Made by a program: the position numbers and the translations under genes
The notes under the pieces: generated by a model
What the model was told of the DNA's origin: nothing
Database searches by the model: none
The model's input: the letters and a program-made list of their open reading frames with translations, nothing else
IMG/VR virus record: IMGVR_UViG_3300046787_000172
Coordinates: 1-58,102 of that record
DNA from: a virus
Taxonomy: Duplodnaviria; Caudoviricetes
DNA length: 58,102 bases
Strand: one strand, 5' to 3'
In this document: in pieces, positions 44,647 to 54,251 of the stretch
Layout: every line of letters begins with the position of its first letter
Position numbering within the stretch: the first letter of the stretch is position 1

Positions 44647-44871
44647 ATGGACAATCAACAGCTTTTCAACTTAGTCGTATCAGTTGCAGGGGGCTTGGCG
44701 GTCTATGTCATCAACAACTTGACCCGCACAATTCAAAAGCTAGAAGACAAGGTTAGCGACTTGCCGCATGTTTATGTTGCCAAGGATGACTATCGATCAG
44801 ACATTGCAGAGGTCAAATCAATCCTCAAGCAAATCTTTGACAAGCTAGACGGTAAAGCCGACAAGACATGA
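44647..44871 (+). CDS. Membrane-anchored coiled-coil protein (lysis region)
   Basis: N-terminal TM; YVAKDDY; KLDGKADK. Confidence 0.7.
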   Translation: MDNQQLFNLVVSVAGGLAVYVINNLTRTIQKLEDKVSDLPHVYVAKDDYRSDIAEVKSILKQIFDKLDGKADKT

Positions 44872-44969
44872 AAGATTGGGCCGTTAGCTTTGTTGCAGCG
44901 GCCCTTCTTGTTGGCCTTATCGTTTGGTGTGCCAAAGTATTTATTGAGGTTTTGCGTGGAGTATTCTGA
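44868..44969 (+). CDS. 33-aa transmembrane peptide
   Basis: ATGA and TGATG coupling; hydrophobic. Confidence 0.55.
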   Translation: MKDWAVSFVAAALLVGLIVWCAKVFIEVLRGVF

Positions 44970-45451
44970 TGGAACCGATCACAATGGCCCTGACAGCAAT
45001 GGCCGCTGTCCAGAAAACGGTTTCTCTGATAAAGCAAGCCTCTAAAACAGCGGACGATGTTCGCAGCCTTGGCCCACTACTCGGCAAGTACTTTGAGCAA
45101 AAGCATGAAGTCACCAAAGCCCTGAAGGTCGCCAAGAAAAAGGGTGGCTCTAACATGGGCCAAGCTGTTCAAATCGAGCTTGACCTGAAGGCGCAGCGAG
45201 ACTTTGAAGAGCAAGTTAAGGGATTGTTCTTCCCGAACAACATGGATGTTTGGAACTCCATCATGGTCCGAGTGGCTGAGATGGACAAGCAAGACAAGAT
45301 TGACGCACAGCTTGCCCGTGACCGTGCTTTACGAGCCAAGCAAGATCGTGAAGAGCTTGTTGAAATCCTGATTGTTGTTGGTGGCATTGTTGTCATCTTT
45401 GTGCTTGTTGGCTTTGGTGTCTACCTCGTCATGTATGGGATGAAGCAATGA
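44969..45451 (+). CDS. Membrane protein with C-terminal TM
   Basis: MEPITMAL start, coiled coil, hydrophobic C-terminus. Confidence 0.7.
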   Translation: MEPITMALTAMAAVQKTVSLIKQASKTADDVRSLGPLLGKYFEQKHEVTKALKVAKKKGGSNMGQAVQIELDLKAQRDFEEQVKGLFFPNNMDVWNSIMVRVAEMDKQDKIDAQLARDRALRAKQDREELVEILIVVGGIVVIFVLVGFGVYLVMYGMKQ

Positions 45452-45663
45452 AATACCTTGCCGCAGCCGCCCTTCTACTTCTTGCTGGATGCGAGGAGCA
45501 GTACCGCTACTTCTGCCAAAACCCAGATAATTTTCATGCTGAACGCTGCCAAAAACCTCGTTGCCAGTTCACGCAGACTTGTCCCGAGTACCTTGTTGCC
45601 CCCATACTGGAGAAGCAAATTGAGCAAACCAAACCAGCCGCCGAGCCCACCCCGGTCCGTTGA
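45448..45663 (+). CDS. Cys-rich lipoprotein
   Basis: Lipobox LAGC; YRYFCQNP..C..P.C....CP. Confidence 0.75.
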   Translation: MKYLAAAALLLLAGCEEQYRYFCQNPDNFHAERCQKPRCQFTQTCPEYLVAPILEKQIEQTKPAAEPTPVR

Positions 45664-46162
45664 GGAAGAAACAGCACTGCTGGAGGTCCGCATCTGGGCT
45701 TTTGTTGTCGTGGCAGTGACGATCATCTTGTTTGGCATCGTGACGGCTTTGCTGTATTCGGTGACGTTCGTGACGCAGCCGATCAAGTCGATGGCACCCA
45801 TTGACCAAGCCTACACCAAGATGCTCAACGACATCGTGCTGCTGATTGTTGGCGGCATTGGCGGTGTCATTGGTAAGCGGGCGGTATCAACAGCAGCCAA
45901 GGCGTTTACGCCGCAGCCCCCACAGCAGCCGCAGCAGCCGACATGCCAGCCTATGGCGGGCGGGTACAACCACAACAGCTACGCTCCCCCGCAGTCCGCG
46001 TATGGCCTGCCAAGCCAGCCCTTTGGCGCTATGCCAGTGTGGAAGAACCCAGAGCTGGATGAGAGCTGGACACCCGGCCCACCCCCTACGACGCCACCAG
46101 AGCACCTTGAAGACGACGAGGACCGCGCTGAGATCGCTGCAGCTCGCAAGGAAACAGAATGA
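45620..46162 (+). CDS. Two-TM membrane protein (holin candidate), start uncertain
   Basis: GGAG before TTG at 45620; two hydrophobic helices; Pro-rich tail. Confidence 0.6.
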   Translation: MSKPNQPPSPPRSVEEETALLEVRIWAFVVVAVTIILFGIVTALLYSVTFVTQPIKSMAPIDQAYTKMLNDIVLLIVGGIGGVIGKRAVSTAAKAFTPQPPQQPQQPTCQPMAGGYNHNSYAPPQSAYGLPSQPFGAMPVWKNPELDESWTPGPPPTTPPEHLEDDEDRAEIAAARKETE

Positions 46163-46671
46163 ACCCGATGACCCTATACCCCACGCTGGCGCTCGTAGCT
46201 TTGCTGGCCATGGGCGGGTTCTACAAGTACGGGTACAGCAACGGCTGGGATGACCGTGACGCAGAAATGCAAATCGAGATTGCCAGAAAGAACGAAGAGG
46301 CGCGAGCCAAAGAGCAGGAGATGGCCAAGGCTGTCGCTGACAAAGAAACCGAACTCAGAAAGGCCAACGATGTCATCAGCAAAAAGCAAATGGACCTTAA
46401 TTCTGCCATTCGTGCTGGCAGGGTGCGCTTCCCCACCGCCAGTTGTCCACAAGCCCCCGCAAGTGCCCCCGTTGCCGCAGGAGATAGCAATCAAGCGCGA
46501 AGCCAACCTGACCCAACGCCTGACGCAGATACTGGTCCCAGCGAATCCGAGCGCCAAACCCTCGAACTGATCGCGCAGATTGCGGCTGACGGGGACAGGG
46601 CGATCAACCAATTGAACGCGTGCATCGACGCGTATGACAACATGAGGAACATCATCAATGCTCAACGCTGA
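46159..46671 (+). CDS. Rz-like inner-membrane spanin
   Basis: N-terminal TM, coiled coils, C-terminal QLNACIDAY; nested lipoprotein gene. Confidence 0.8.
   Translation: MNPMTLYPTLALVALLAMGGFYKYGYSNGWDDRDAEMQIEIARKNEEARAKEQEMAKAVADKETELRKANDVISKKQMDLNSAIRAGRVRFPTASCPQAPASAPVAAGDSNQARSQPDPTPDADTGPSESERQTLELIAQIAADGDRAINQLNACIDAYDNMRNIINAQR
46370..46570 (+). CDS. Rz1-like outer-membrane spanin nested in Rz
   Basis: +1 frame; lipobox LAGC; Pro-rich. Confidence 0.8.
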   Translation: MSSAKSKWTLILPFVLAGCASPPPVVHKPPQVPPLPQEIAIKREANLTQRLTQILVPANPSAKPSN

Positions 46672-47290
46672 CCAACTCAAAAAGCTGCACATCGGCCCCC
46701 AGTGGGTCGATGCACTGAATGCCACATTCGAGCGGTTCAACATCTTGACACCCCGACAGCAGGCTGCCTTCATAGGTCAATGTGGCCACGAGAGCGGAAA
46801 CTTCCGTGTGCTGGAGGAGAACCTCAACTACAGAGCGGCGACGCTGCTCAAGCTGTTTCCGCGCACGCCTAAGCGCTCGTGGGGCTTTACGCCTGAAGAG
46901 GCCGCTGCCTACGAGAAGCAGCCTAAACGCATCGCCAATCGCATTTACGGCAACCGCATGGGCAATCGGGACGAGGCTTCTGGTGATGGGTATCGTTTTC
47001 GCGGTCGTGGTTGCATCCAGCTGACGGGCTCTGCAAATTATTTTCACGCTGGCAAGGCGCTGGGCGTGGACTTCATCATGGAGCCGGACCTTGTGGCAAC
47101 ACCTCAGTACGCTGCCATGACTGCTGGGTGGTTCTGGGACACTCAGAAACTGAACGCCTTGGCTGAGTCTGGCAACACTTTGGCCCTTACCAAGAAGATC
47201 AACGGCGGCACCATCGGGTTGGATGACCGCATCGCCCACACAAATCACGCCTTGGCGGTGCTGGGTGATCCCAATTACAATCTGGCCTAG
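46658..47290 (+). CDS. Endolysin, glycoside hydrolase family 19
   Basis: AAFIGQCGHES, FRGRGCIQLTG..NY, KINGG..GL.DR. Confidence 0.9.
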   Translation: MLNADQLKKLHIGPQWVDALNATFERFNILTPRQQAAFIGQCGHESGNFRVLEENLNYRAATLLKLFPRTPKRSWGFTPEEAAAYEKQPKRIANRIYGNRMGNRDEASGDGYRFRGRGCIQLTGSANYFHAGKALGVDFIMEPDLVATPQYAAMTAGWFWDTQKLNALAESGNTLALTKKINGGTIGLDDRIAHTNHALAVLGDPNYNLA

Positions 47291-47303
47291 TGAGGAAATC
47301 ATC

Positions 47304-48923
47304 ATGGCCGTTATCCCGATCAAGTCTTTTGGTGGCATCGCGCCCAAGGTGCCCCCGCGCTTTCTCCCTGACACTTCTGCTCAGGTGGCAAGCAACTGTG
47401 TGGTGTTTAACGGCTCCTTGCAACCTCTGACTGGCGTCGGTAGTGCAGTTGCCACGTTGACCAAGTCAGGTACACCCCTGACTATTTATCGCTTCGGTCA
47501 AGACATCATCTCGAACTCTGAGTACTGGTTCCACTGGACCACCGATGTGGATGTGTGCCGAAGTCAGATCGCCGGGGACACCTCCGAGTGGACTTTCTAC
47601 ACAGACGGCACGCTGCCCAAGGCCACGTACTCCACACTGGCGCTGTCTGGCTCCAACTACCCCACGGTATCTCGCCCGCTGGGTATCCCAGCGCCGACAA
47701 CTGCGCTCACCCTTACGCTCGGCGGCACGCCGACTGATGCTACGGCCATACCTGAGACACGTGTGTACACATACACGCTGGTCAACAAAGAGTCTGGGTA
47801 TGACTTCGAGTCCGCACCTGCTCCTGCTTCACTGAGCATTGATGTGAAGGTTGGTGAAACCGTCGCAGTGTCCAACTTCGACGCCGTACCTTCTGGGTAC
47901 ACGGCCACCCACAGACGCATCTACCGCTCGGTGTCGGGCACGTACCTGTTCGTTGCTGAAGTCACTGCGGCTACCACCAGCTACACGGACTCCGTGTTGG
48001 CCGAAGACCTTGGCGAAGAACTCCCAAGCCTGACATGGCTGCCACCCCCAGCAACGATGCGCGGTCTGATCAACTTGCCAAACGGCATCATGGCTGGTTT
48101 CGTGGGCCGGGACATCTACTTCTGTGACCCCTACCACCCGCACGCGTGGCCCATCGCGTACAACCAGACTGTGGACTACCCAGTGGTCGGCCTTGGCCGC
48201 ATGGACACCACGCTCGCAGTACTGACAACCGGCACGCCGTACTTCCTGCAGGGCAGCCACCCAGACTCCATGGTGGTGGTCAAGTCCGATTTGGACCAAG
48301 CCTGCGCCTCCAAGCGCAGCATCGTGAGCGCCAACGGCGTGGTGATGTATGCCAGCCCTGACGGCCTTGTGATGTTGTCCCCGGGCGGCTCCAAGCTCGT
48401 GTCTGAGGCGGCGTTCACGTACGCCCAATGGCAAGCGTTCTTCAACCCGTCGTCGATCCATGCCTACATGCACGACCGCAAATACGTGGCGTTCTATGAC
48501 AACGGTGTCACGACAGGCGGGTTTATCTACGACCTGTTGTCAGGCCAGTTCACACTGCACGGTGTCTATGCCACTGCGGGCTACACGGACCTTGTCAACG
48601 ACAAGCTGTTCTTGGCCTTCTCTGATCGCTCAGTCAAAATCTGGCAAGCTGGCTCTGCGCTCAGCTACATCTGGACTTCCAAGAAGTTCACCATGCCCTA
48701 CGAGATGTCTTACTCGTGCTCACAGGTCGAAGCCGAGGCGTACCCTGTCACTGCCAAGTATTACGTGGATGGCACGCTGGTGCACACTCAGACCGTCGCA
48801 AACCGCAGGCCGTTCAAATTGCCGGTGGCCGTTGGCCGCGATTGGGAGTTCCGCATTGAGGGCAATACTGAGGTATTCTCGGTAGCTACAGCGCAATCCG
48901 TGCAGGAGCTTGTCGGTGTCTAA
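47304..48923 (+). CDS. Tail nozzle / tubular protein B-like
   Basis: FGGIAP..PP..LP, beta-propeller-like content, YASPDGL, W.SKKF; position. Confidence 0.7.
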   Translation: MAVIPIKSFGGIAPKVPPRFLPDTSAQVASNCVVFNGSLQPLTGVGSAVATLTKSGTPLTIYRFGQDIISNSEYWFHWTTDVDVCRSQIAGDTSEWTFYTDGTLPKATYSTLALSGSNYPTVSRPLGIPAPTTALTLTLGGTPTDATAIPETRVYTYTLVNKESGYDFESAPAPASLSIDVKVGETVAVSNFDAVPSGYTATHRRIYRSVSGTYLFVAEVTAATTSYTDSVLAEDLGEELPSLTWLPPPATMRGLINLPNGIMAGFVGRDIYFCDPYHPHAWPIAYNQTVDYPVVGLGRMDTTLAVLTTGTPYFLQGSHPDSMVVVKSDLDQACASKRSIVSANGVVMYASPDGLVMLSPGGSKLVSEAAFTYAQWQAFFNPSSIHAYMHDRKYVAFYDNGVTTGGFIYDLLSGQFTLHGVYATAGYTDLVNDKLFLAFSDRSVKIWQAGSALSYIWTSKKFTMPYEMSYSCSQVEAEAYPVTAKYYVDGTLVHTQTVANRRPFKLPVAVGRDWEFRIEGNTEVFSVATAQSVQELVGV

Positions 48924-51909
48924 AAAACTGCCCTTCGTTACGTCTGACATTCCCCGCGACCTGCGGTCGTTCCTCGACCGTTTGCGTGAGCTCGTGGCTG
49001 GCTCTGGCGGTGATCGTTTGCTGTCTGCCAATGACTTAGTTGGCTCTGGGCTGGCCACAGTGGATGCGAACGGGAACATCAAAGGCCCATCTAATTTTGT
49101 CGCTACGCCACCAGCGCCTACGAACGTAGAAGCCACTGCAGCCATCCGCAACATCATCGTCACATGGGATAACCCAGCGTACGTAGGCCACGCCCACGCA
49201 GAGGTGTGGGGCTCAAGCACCAGCTCGCAGTCCGCGTCGGTTCTTCTGGGCATGTCGCCCGGAGCCATCTACGTCGATGAGGTTGGGCCCAGCGTCACTC
49301 GGTACTACTGGGTGCGGTTCGTCAACACCAACAACACTCCGGGCCCATACAACGCACTGGTGGGCACATCTGCCACGACAGGTTCTGACGTTGCCTACAC
49401 ACTCGGTCTTCTGGCTGGGCAGATCACTGAGACTGAGCTGGCCACAGAACTCAACAGCCGCATCGACCTGATTGACGGCCCAGCTACAACAACCGGCACC
49501 ATCCCCAACCAGCTGGCGTTGATTCAAGGGCAGCTTGACGCGATCAACGCGTACCCTGACTACGACAACGGCACCACATACGCCGCAGACGACATCGTCA
49601 AGTATGACGGCGGGCTGTACAAAGCGCTGAGTTCTACGACTGGCAACCTGCCAACAAACGCTACGTACTGGCTGAAGATCGGCGACTACTCGTCGCTGGC
49701 TGACATTGTGGCTGCGCACTCCGAGGACATCAGCACGCTCAACACTGGCCTTGCTGGCGAGGTCACTGCACGCGAGACTCTGGCTACCCAGATGCGTGGC
49801 TCGTATGGCGGCACGGACATCACGTCTGTCACCTCGGGGTTGATCTACTCTGAGCGCACAGCGCGTGCAGCTGCTGATACAAGCCTTGCAGGGTCGATTG
49901 ATGTTGTCGCTGCCACAGCTGCAAGCAAGAACAGGATTTTTCGTCAGATCGACGCACCGTCGAGCCCAGAGACCAACGATGTGTGGGTTGACCTGAAGTC
50001 GAGCTATGACCCAGATTACTTCAGCGAAGACTATTCTGCGCCACGTTACAAGCAGTACCAATGGACTGGCACTGAATGGGTGGACATCACAAACACAGAA
50101 ATCACAGACAACTTCGCGTTGATTACCGTCGAGCAGCTTGCTCGTGCGTCTGCGGATGAAGCGTTTGCGCAGCAGATCACTACGCTTGAGACCTCGGTCA
50201 ACGATCCGACTACGGGCTTGGCGGCTACACGTGCCACGCTGATTAACGACTACTCCACAACGTCGACTGTCAACAGTGCCATTGCCAGCAGCAAGACTGC
50301 TTTGCGGGCATACACAGACGTGTCGGCTTCCCGCACGTTTAGGCAAGTCTCAGCCCCCACAAAGCGCGGCGTTGATGCAGATACTTCACTGGACATCCCG
50401 CTGCAGACTGGCGACGTTTGGATTGACTTAGACGACCATAACAAGCTGTACCAGTGGTCCGGCTCTGCTTGGGTGTACTCACCGGATGGAGCCATCACAG
50501 GCGCGGTGTCTGCACTGTCTGCCACGCTCACCAACGACTATCTGACTGAGACGGATACTGAGAACGCCATTGCCCAAAGCGCTACGTTTTTGCGTGCGTA
50601 TGCTGACATCCAGTCCAAGGTGTTCCGCACAGCTGATACACCGACAAAGCGTGGCGTTGACCCAGAGACTGCAGCGGACATACCGCTTGAAGTCGGCGAC
50701 GTTTGGTACGACACGAATGATAGTAACAAGCTGTACCTCTGGTCTGGCTCGGCTTGGGTGTACTCGCCTGACGCTGTTATCACAGGTTCTGTGACGGCTG
50801 TGGATGCCCGTGTAACGTCGGTCGAGAACACTCGAATTGGCTACTGCACCATTGGCGGCGTCGCCTCAGACAACACGACCAAGGCAGCTTGCGAAGCCGC
50901 AGGCGGCACGTGGAACGTCGGTATCCCCATAGCCACAGCGGTCAAGCAAGTCACTGTCAGCGACGGCGCAGACTCTGCAACTTTGGAGCAGCGGTTCACA
51001 GCCCAGAAGACGCTCAACGACGGCCTGAAGGCTCAGTACACCATCAAGCTCGACGTCAATGGGTATTACTCAGGTTTCGGCGTGTATGCAGACGCCACTG
51101 GCACCTCAGAGTTCATTGCGAACGTGAACCGCTTCGCGGTGACGACACCGCAGACGTCCATCGCTCTCAGGGCTACAAGCACCACGTACAGCCAAGGGGC
51201 TATCGTTCGCGTGTCTGGCCAAGACAGCAAAACTCTGGTGTGCAAGATCGGCGGCTCGACAGGCTCTGGTAGCATCACGGTAGGCAACATCGGCACGCTG
51301 ATCGTTGATGGCTCTGTCACATGGCAGGTAGCCAGTCGTGTCCCATTCGCTGTGCAGGCAGTACCCACGCAGATCAATGGCCAAGACGTCCCAGCTGGTG
51401 TGTACATTGACGCGGCTTACGTTTTGAATGCCACGATCCAGAATGCACAGATTGCTGACTTGGCTGTGGACGACCAGAAGATCGCAAGCCTCAACGTGGG
51501 TAAGCTCACTGCCGGGTCACTGCAGACGGACTCGCACGTCCAGTCTTCCAACTACGTAGCGGGTGCGCAGGGCTTTCGCATCAGCGCCAACGGCAATGCT
51601 GAGTTTCAGAACGCTGTGGTTCGCGGGGCTGTGTTTGCTACGTCCGGCACGTTTGCCGGTTCACTGTCTGCGGCTACCGGTACGTTCTCTGGCGCGTTGT
51701 CTGCGGCTACCGGTACGTTCTCTGGCGCGTTGTCTGCGGCTACAGGTACGTTCTCAGGTGATCTGTCTGCTGCTACAGGCACGTTCACTGGCGGGCTCGA
51801 CGTCAAAAGCGCTTCCTCCGGCGCTCGCATGGAAATCAAGAACAACGTCATCAAGGTGTTTGACGCCAGCGGCACACTTCGCGTGCAGATTGGAGACCTG
51901 TCAGCATGA
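48916..51909 (+). CDS. Tail tip / host-specificity fibre (DUF1983-like)
   Basis: YYWVRFVN, AQYTIKLDVNG..SGFG, PFAV, GVYID.A, C-terminal LRVQIGDL. Confidence 0.75.
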   Translation: MSKKLPFVTSDIPRDLRSFLDRLRELVAGSGGDRLLSANDLVGSGLATVDANGNIKGPSNFVATPPAPTNVEATAAIRNIIVTWDNPAYVGHAHAEVWGSSTSSQSASVLLGMSPGAIYVDEVGPSVTRYYWVRFVNTNNTPGPYNALVGTSATTGSDVAYTLGLLAGQITETELATELNSRIDLIDGPATTTGTIPNQLALIQGQLDAINAYPDYDNGTTYAADDIVKYDGGLYKALSSTTGNLPTNATYWLKIGDYSSLADIVAAHSEDISTLNTGLAGEVTARETLATQMRGSYGGTDITSVTSGLIYSERTARAAADTSLAGSIDVVAATAASKNRIFRQIDAPSSPETNDVWVDLKSSYDPDYFSEDYSAPRYKQYQWTGTEWVDITNTEITDNFALITVEQLARASADEAFAQQITTLETSVNDPTTGLAATRATLINDYSTTSTVNSAIASSKTALRAYTDVSASRTFRQVSAPTKRGVDADTSLDIPLQTGDVWIDLDDHNKLYQWSGSAWVYSPDGAITGAVSALSATLTNDYLTETDTENAIAQSATFLRAYADIQSKVFRTADTPTKRGVDPETAADIPLEVGDVWYDTNDSNKLYLWSGSAWVYSPDAVITGSVTAVDARVTSVENTRIGYCTIGGVASDNTTKAACEAAGGTWNVGIPIATAVKQVTVSDGADSATLEQRFTAQKTLNDGLKAQYTIKLDVNGYYSGFGVYADATGTSEFIANVNRFAVTTPQTSIALRATSTTYSQGAIVRVSGQDSKTLVCKIGGSTGSGSITVGNIGTLIVDGSVTWQVASRVPFAVQAVPTQINGQDVPAGVYIDAAYVLNATIQNAQIADLAVDDQKIASLNVGKLTAGSLQTDSHVQSSNYVAGAQGFRISANGNAEFQNAVVRGAVFATSGTFAGSLSAATGTFSGALSAATGTFSGALSAATGTFSGDLSAATGTFTGGLDVKSASSGARMEIKNNVIKVFDASGTLRVQIGDLSA
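51646..51792 (+). repeat. 33-bp tandem repeat encoding GTFSGALSAAT (about 4.5 copies)
   Basis: Directly visible; two copies are nearly identical. Confidence 0.9.
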
Positions 51910-52199
51910 GCTTCGGCGCTAGAATCGTACTCAACAACGGAAGAGTAATCGACTCTAGCAAGTTGACTGGTTTAGTGCATGACGTTTTTGTGGTTGGTGG
52001 TGCAACTTCTGGCACAAAGGGATACCCAGAACTTGCTGGCTATGTAATTTACGCTGCGGTTCAAAAGTTTATCGCCTCGCCAGCCGGAGTCATTACTGCC
52101 AGTGTTTCTTACGCTGCTGGATACCCCGCTGTTAATTGGTCTCCTACCGGAAGCGGGGATGGGGTCGCAGATGCAACTATTTTGGTTTTTGTAAAATGA
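51906..52199 (+). CDS. Tail-tip associated small protein
   Basis: ATGA coupling; AT-richer. Confidence 0.65.
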   Translation: MSFGARIVLNNGRVIDSSKLTGLVHDVFVVGGATSGTKGYPELAGYVIYAAVQKFIASPAGVITASVSYAAGYPAVNWSPTGSGDGVADATILVFVK

Positions 52200-53023
52200 G
52201 CGATGGATTATTTTTGTCGGGGGACAACTCTAGCTTGTTGGTGACGACAGAGTCGGAGTCCTTGGTATTTATTGGGAAAGCAACTTTTGTAAGCCGACAA
52301 GGTATAACTGGGGCTGGGTTTGGTCCGCTGTACAACAGCACTACGGGTATCACTTTATACAACTGGCCGCAAGCATCTATATACAATTTTACGTTTGCTT
52401 CCGCAGGCAAAGACGCGGTGTATTTTGTATACGCCCCATATCCATACAAAGCCTCTATAAGTGGGGTGGAGCGAGTTAGCGGTACAGACACCATATATGT
52501 AACATCTCAGCCTGCAGGCTCGACCACGTTTGTTCCCACAGTCTACGCTTTTGCAGCTGCCAGTGTCGCGCAAACTTCAGGTTACGGCGTTAACGTATTT
52601 AAGTCTGACGGTACGCCTGCGTTTACGACGGCAGATAACATCATGTTTGCAAATAAAATATACAGTTCTACTGCACAAGCTAGCAACATCCAACCTTTAT
52701 ACGCGCCTAACGGGATAACGTATGTAGGCAATGGTCCTAATTACAATTCAGCAACGATAAGTTATATCGCGCCGACAGCTTCGGATGGCGCGGCAATCGC
52801 TAAGCCAATTATCTATTTCCCAGCTCCACAAACTGCTGTTGCTAGAAACTTTGGTAGCCAAAGATATTTTTATGAGTTGGCCGCAGCATACAACCCAACG
52901 TCTTCAGACTTGGAGCTGGAGTGGGTAAACAGTTTTTTTGGGTTTTCGTCATCTACGGCTACGTTTAACGTACCAAGTCTGCCGTTTTTTGCAATGGTGG
53001 CTGATGGTGCGCTGTACGACTAG
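52196..53023 (+). CDS. Tail-tip associated protein (receptor-binding candidate)
   Basis: VYAF....SGYG..VF..DG...F motif; AT-richer. Confidence 0.65.
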   Translation: MSDGLFLSGDNSSLLVTTESESLVFIGKATFVSRQGITGAGFGPLYNSTTGITLYNWPQASIYNFTFASAGKDAVYFVYAPYPYKASISGVERVSGTDTIYVTSQPAGSTTFVPTVYAFAAASVAQTSGYGVNVFKSDGTPAFTTADNIMFANKIYSSTAQASNIQPLYAPNGITYVGNGPNYNSATISYIAPTASDGAAIAKPIIYFPAPQTAVARNFGSQRYFYELAAAYNPTSSDLELEWVNSFFGFSSSTATFNVPSLPFFAMVADGALYD

Positions 53024-53070
53024 CCGTAACCACACTACCCAACTCCACCGCAGTGAGCCATAATCCACCC

Positions 53071-53484
53071 ATGCCACACCTTGTATACGACCAAAAAGAA
53101 CGCATCGGTGCGTGGGTTGCCGAGCGGGTCGGGCAGGGTGCTGACTGGGGCAGCTTCTACGCCATTGGCGTTGTGAGTGGTGACGAAGTGCTGGCTGGTG
53201 TGGTCATCAACAACTACAACGGCTCCAATGCCACGTGCCACATTGCCATCGCTCGGCAGACCAAACAGATCGTCCCGCTGTTCCGTGCAGTGTGCGACTA
53301 TGCGTTCAGGCACTGCGGCCTGAAAAGATTGACTGGCATGGTTCCGTCAAATGAGCCTAAAATACTGGCATTCGACAAACACCTCGGGTTCGAGGAAGAG
53401 TTTGTGATGAAGGACGGCGCACCGGGTGCCGACATGCACGTTTTGGTAATGTGGCCCGACACCTGTCGCTGGCTGAAGGAGTAA
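53071..53484 (+). CDS. GNAT-fold acetyltransferase-like virion protein
   Basis: YAF...LKRLTG.V...E......HLGF.EE; precedes the ejection genes. Confidence 0.75.
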   Translation: MPHLVYDQKERIGAWVAERVGQGADWGSFYAIGVVSGDEVLAGVVINNYNGSNATCHIAIARQTKQIVPLFRAVCDYAFRHCGLKRLTGMVPSNEPKILAFDKHLGFEEEFVMKDGAPGADMHVLVMWPDTCRWLKE

Positions 53485-53487
53485 ATC

Positions 53488-54249
53488 ATGGGCGGTAAAT
53501 CTAGTCCTCCACCACCAGACTATTCTGGCATGGAAGCTCTCGGCAGGGAGCAGTTGGCGTTTTCCAAGCAGCAGTATGCTGAGATGATGCCTCTAGCCCG
53601 TCAGGTCTATGGCCAGCAGATGGACGCACAGCGTCAGCAGATGCAGCAGGCTCAGGACTACTACGACTACCAGCAAAAGACGTTCCGCCCAGTGGAGCAA
53701 GGCCTTGTCCGAGACGCTGAGCGTTTCAGCACTGAGGGGTACCGTGAGCAGTTGGCTGGCCAAGCCGCCGCTGCAGCCGGTCGCGCCTTTGGTGTTCAAC
53801 AAGAGATGGGTCAGCGGGCCATGGCCGCTCGTGGCGTGAATCCTAACTCCGGTGCAGCTATGGCGCTGCAGGCTCAGGGCAATCTGGGACTGGCCGCACA
53901 ACGCGCCAACGCCATGACAGGCGCACGCACACAGGCTGAACAGCTTGGCTTCGCTCGCCGGATGGACGTCACAGGCCTTGGCCGTGGCCTCGCAGGCGCT
54001 TCGACCGCTGCGTATCAGGGCGCTAATACCGCCGGTAGTTCGAGCATGAACACAGCCATGGCCCCGGGCGGTCAGTACATGCAAGGTTTGCAGCAGGCTG
54101 GCGGTACTATGGGCAGCGTTTTGAATTCACAGACCAGCGCATATAACGCAGGTATGGCACAGGCCGATCCATTCGCAACCATTGTTGGTACAGGCCTTGG
54201 CATTTATGCTGGCGGCGGCTTTGGTGGCGCAGGTAAAAAAGGACCCTAA
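53488..54249 (+). CDS. Ejection (DNA pilot) protein
   Basis: MGGKSSPPPPDY start; A/G/Q-rich; RGVNPNSG; hydrophobic Gly-rich C-terminus. Confidence 0.7.
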   Translation: MGGKSSPPPPDYSGMEALGREQLAFSKQQYAEMMPLARQVYGQQMDAQRQQMQQAQDYYDYQQKTFRPVEQGLVRDAERFSTEGYREQLAGQAAAAAGRAFGVQQEMGQRAMAARGVNPNSGAAMALQAQGNLGLAAQRANAMTGARTQAEQLGFARRMDVTGLGRGLAGASTAAYQGANTAGSSSMNTAMAPGGQYMQGLQQAGGTMGSVLNSQTSAYNAGMAQADPFATIVGTGLGIYAGGGFGGAGKKGP

Positions 54250-54251
54250 TC

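Noticed and set aside
42486-53023. Diversity-generating retroelement acting on tail fibres
   Set aside because: No reverse transcriptase and no template/variable repeat pair seen.
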